Below are positions 61,101 to 64,000 of a stretch of 64,000 nt of DNA, piece by piece (the stretch's first letter is position 1; each line of letters begins with the position of its first letter). The position numbers and the translations under genes are program-made. Below the pieces are notes generated by a model. It was not told the origin of the DNA and did not search any database. It saw only the letters and a program-made list of their open reading frames with translations. Origin of the DNA: Antechinus flavipes (Eukaryota). The stretch is taken from positions 122,512,001 to 122,576,000 of the forward strand of contig NC_067402.1 of NCBI RefSeq assembly GCF_016432865.1. The letters are read 5' to 3'.

Positions 61101-62841
61101 TAAAATAGAATAGAATGAAAATCCATAGGAAACATGGACAAGCATGACATCTCGGTAGATAACATGTTGAATTTCTTATTTGCTTACAGAAAAAAAATCA
61201 TATATAGATTTGCATATGGTTTTCTTTTTCTGCTCCGTTTTATTTTAAAATGTGTATCTTTGGTATTAAAGGTCAATTTAAAAAAAACACAACTAAATTT
61301 TTTTAAATAATAAGGTGCTATTTTTTGATAATATAAATTTATTCAAACCTGGGAATAAATGGAGGTGATATAGCTCACAGGGATCTTAGGCTTCTATTTA
61401 GATTTCCTAACAGACTTTTCCAAGTCTAATACAAATAAGGTAGGGGCTCTCTAAGTGAGTTAGCTGAATCCCATTGGAAAACAGATGCTTCTAGCTTCAG
61501 AAAAAGCTGTTTTATCTGGCATTTTTCCAATTGGGAAGCTCTAGAAACCATTATGTGTGTTATCCTTTAATATACATTTTAAATCTAGTAAGCATGCCCA
61601 TGTTAATTTAGAATATTCTCAGATTGGTTTAGGCTTTAGTGAGTGTTTGTTGTTACCATTGTTTTTGAGGAAAGAAGTACAAATTGAACTGCCTCTTGGT
61701 GGTTTTCACAAACAATGGTGATTTTCATGCAAATCACTGCTCTTTTATTCACTTTCTAAGTCTAAGTAGGGAAAGCTAGGGGAATTGTAAAGATCACCTA
61801 GGGTACCAGAAATTAAATCTTAGTTACCTAGAAGTGTTGATTAATCAGATAGCACCAATACTTCTAACCCCTGTTCTTCATCCAATATCCTCTTACCAAA
61901 TGCTAAACAGTTAATTATTGTTAAATTTCTTGTCTTTGAAATGAACAGCATAATAGGGTATAGAAAAGGTTGTCTTTCTTCTGTGTAATATGGATTTTTT
62001 TTAAATAAATTAGAACAAATATGAGTTAGGATGGTTTAATTTTTGTGGGAGAATGAGGGAATCTGAAGATGTTCTATACTAAAGAAACTTGATTTAATTT
62101 GACATTAGCAAGAATTTTATGTCAAATAAGGGAGTTAAAGCATTCAACCTCTAAGTTCCTTTAAAGATCTAAAATACTGTGATCCTGTCACATACTAATA
62201 ACACTTAAAGTCTCTTTTAATTCAGCATCATTAGCCAGATAGTTCAGAGATGTAACATATCATAGTTTCTTTCCAATCCAAATCCATTCATGAAATGGTC
62301 CAAGGAAATACAAATTCTCTGGGTTTTACAATCCATGTATTTTCAAAACATTCTTCTTCTCAACATCCTCAAGGATGTAATGGTAGATTTCAATAAACAC
62401 TTTAAAATTTCTGAAAATTTTTGAAAACTTGTTTCAATACAGGCATTTATACTAATTAAATCATGCTACAATGATAAGATGAAAATGTTTACAGAAAAAT
62501 TTGATAACTGGCCCATCTACCTACAGCTCTACTGAAGCATGTGTAAATGGGGGGGAATCGTATTTTTAATTGACTACCATGCTTTCTCTCAAATTTTAAT
62601 TGCTCTTCAATTCACAGATAACTTTGCTTAACCTTTAACTTCTCTGCAATTACTTAATGATTCATAAAGTACTTAAGTATACCAAGGAACACCACAATTT
62701 AAAATAACTCTTTATCTTTGACTAAAGGAGATAGTCTTTCCGTTGTATTTAGGTTAATTATCCCATAATTTACCTATTTTCTAAATTCTGTTTTTTAATA
62801 GTTTGCCTGAAAACATTGTGCCTTTGAACATAGCTGAAGGG

Positions 62842-62911
62842 CTATTGAATTGACTCATAACAAGATACATATATTGCTCTGAAAGACTAGAAACAATTAG
62901 TTGAGGAGAGA
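62842..62911 (+). repeat. Copy 2 of a ~69-bp direct duplication
   Basis: See copy 1; the 5' 20 bp differ by one indel and two substitutions. Confidence 0.95.
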
Positions 62912-64000
62912 ATATAGACGTTTGAGCAAATGAAACTATTAATGTTCTTTCTGAATAAAATAAAAATATTTGACTGTTTTGGTAAAAATAATCCTCAACT
63001 CTCCTTGTGGCAAGTACATTTATCCACTTTTCATGGATGGAGAATCCAAGATGAAAAGTAAAATGACTTTCACTCACCACAAAATCAGCGAATGAAGTGA
63101 ACAACGAGGAAATGGGCTGAGGAAGGTTAAGGGGGCAAGTTTGTACAGGATCTTGAAGACAGGAGCAAAGTTTTACGAGGTTGTGAAATGAATAAGAAAC
63201 AAGATTCTCAAGATGAAGGTGATGTTTTCCTACTTCTGAGTTCAGGTGAATAAATGAAAAGAAGTGGATGGAACTTGCTGGATTTTCTAGCGAAGACAAC
63301 TTTCACTGTGGTAGTTGTGTGCTTCAAATAATAATTGCTTGAGATTTTTGCTCTCCATGCAGGGAAGATAGACATTCCTGCCGTCCTCATCTCTCTCTCA
63401 GCTGGGGCCAGATTGTTCATGTGGTGATATGTCAGAAGACTTTCAGGCCAGTTTCCAAGACTTTTATGAACAAGTTCAGGAAGGACTTAAAATCCATGTT
63501 GATTTTTAAGAGAGAGTTTTTTATATTTCCATGATTTAGTTATACTTAGGAATAATGTTTTATGGAAAATCTTTGGTATATAAAGAATTTTACTGAATTA
63601 CTTTTTAAGTTACATTTTAATAGTATGTTGCCTTATATGCAAATTAAACCCTAAGTGATTCAGATGTTCAGAGTTTATAACTATGAACTCAATGATCAAA
63701 AGTATATTATTTCTCTCCTTTATCTACAAAATCTTCAGCATGACCAAGATCATATTTAATGAATTTGGATTTAATACTTTTCTAATAGAGTAAAAATTGA
63801 AGACCTAGGAAACTCAAGTTCAGTGTTAGGAGTTGAAAAGCTTTAGTGGAGAAACAAATACCTTTGCCCTAAAACTATAGAAAAGATTCTTTTTCAGCAC
63901 AATAAGATGAGTATTTTTGATTCATTCTCCAAAGTAATATGGCAAAAGTTCCATTTATATGGGTTCAAAGAAAAGTAGCCTTTTGTGAGCTAAGCAAATG

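Larger units (their letters stand above)
47388..64000 (+). other. CADPS2: CADPS2 downstream intron (phase 0, more than 16 kb)
   Basis: The next exon (VSQYTFAMCSYREKKSEPQ...) was not found by eye in the window. Confidence 0.8.

Noticed and set aside
62781-63299. 172-aa minus-strand ORF with a GTGAGT donor-like site inside
   Set aside because: Non-ATG start, no recognisable homology, and it runs through the duplicated segment.
1-64000. Nested RNF133/RNF148 retrogenes known from a CADPS2 intron
   Set aside because: No PA-domain or RING-finger ORF here; as I recall they lie in an earlier intron.

Overview
AT-rich, repeat-dense mammalian DNA. The repeat set (WSINE1, Mar1, WALLSI/RTE-type SINEs, MIR/MIR3, L2, marsupial L1, RTE LINE) points to an Australian marsupial, probably a dasyurid such as Tasmanian devil (inference). 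The only host coding sequence I can support is one 67-nt + strand exon at 47321-47387, which the ORF track misses. It encodes (G)[22 protein letters not shown], the start of the CADPS2 (CAPS2) PH domain. The rest of the window is therefore two large CADPS2 introns, with two N gaps. The other listed ORFs are short chance ORFs, low-complexity read-throughs or LINE remnants. I found no RNA gene, CRISPR array or clearly new biological system. Best second-look items: a candidate in-frame alternative terminal exon for CADPS2 with a polybasic tail (34834-34973); an L1 whose TSD encloses an extra ~90-nt polyadenylated segment (possible 3' transduction); an RTE remnant holding a 3'UTR-deleted L1 and a solo LTR, both with perfect TSDs; a GC-rich minisatellite with a 243-bp higher-order duplication; an unexplained ~69-bp direct duplication 2.3 kb apart; and a young L1 with an 18-bp TSD. 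Repeat family names are from memory, not a database search, and repeat boundaries without TSDs are approximate.
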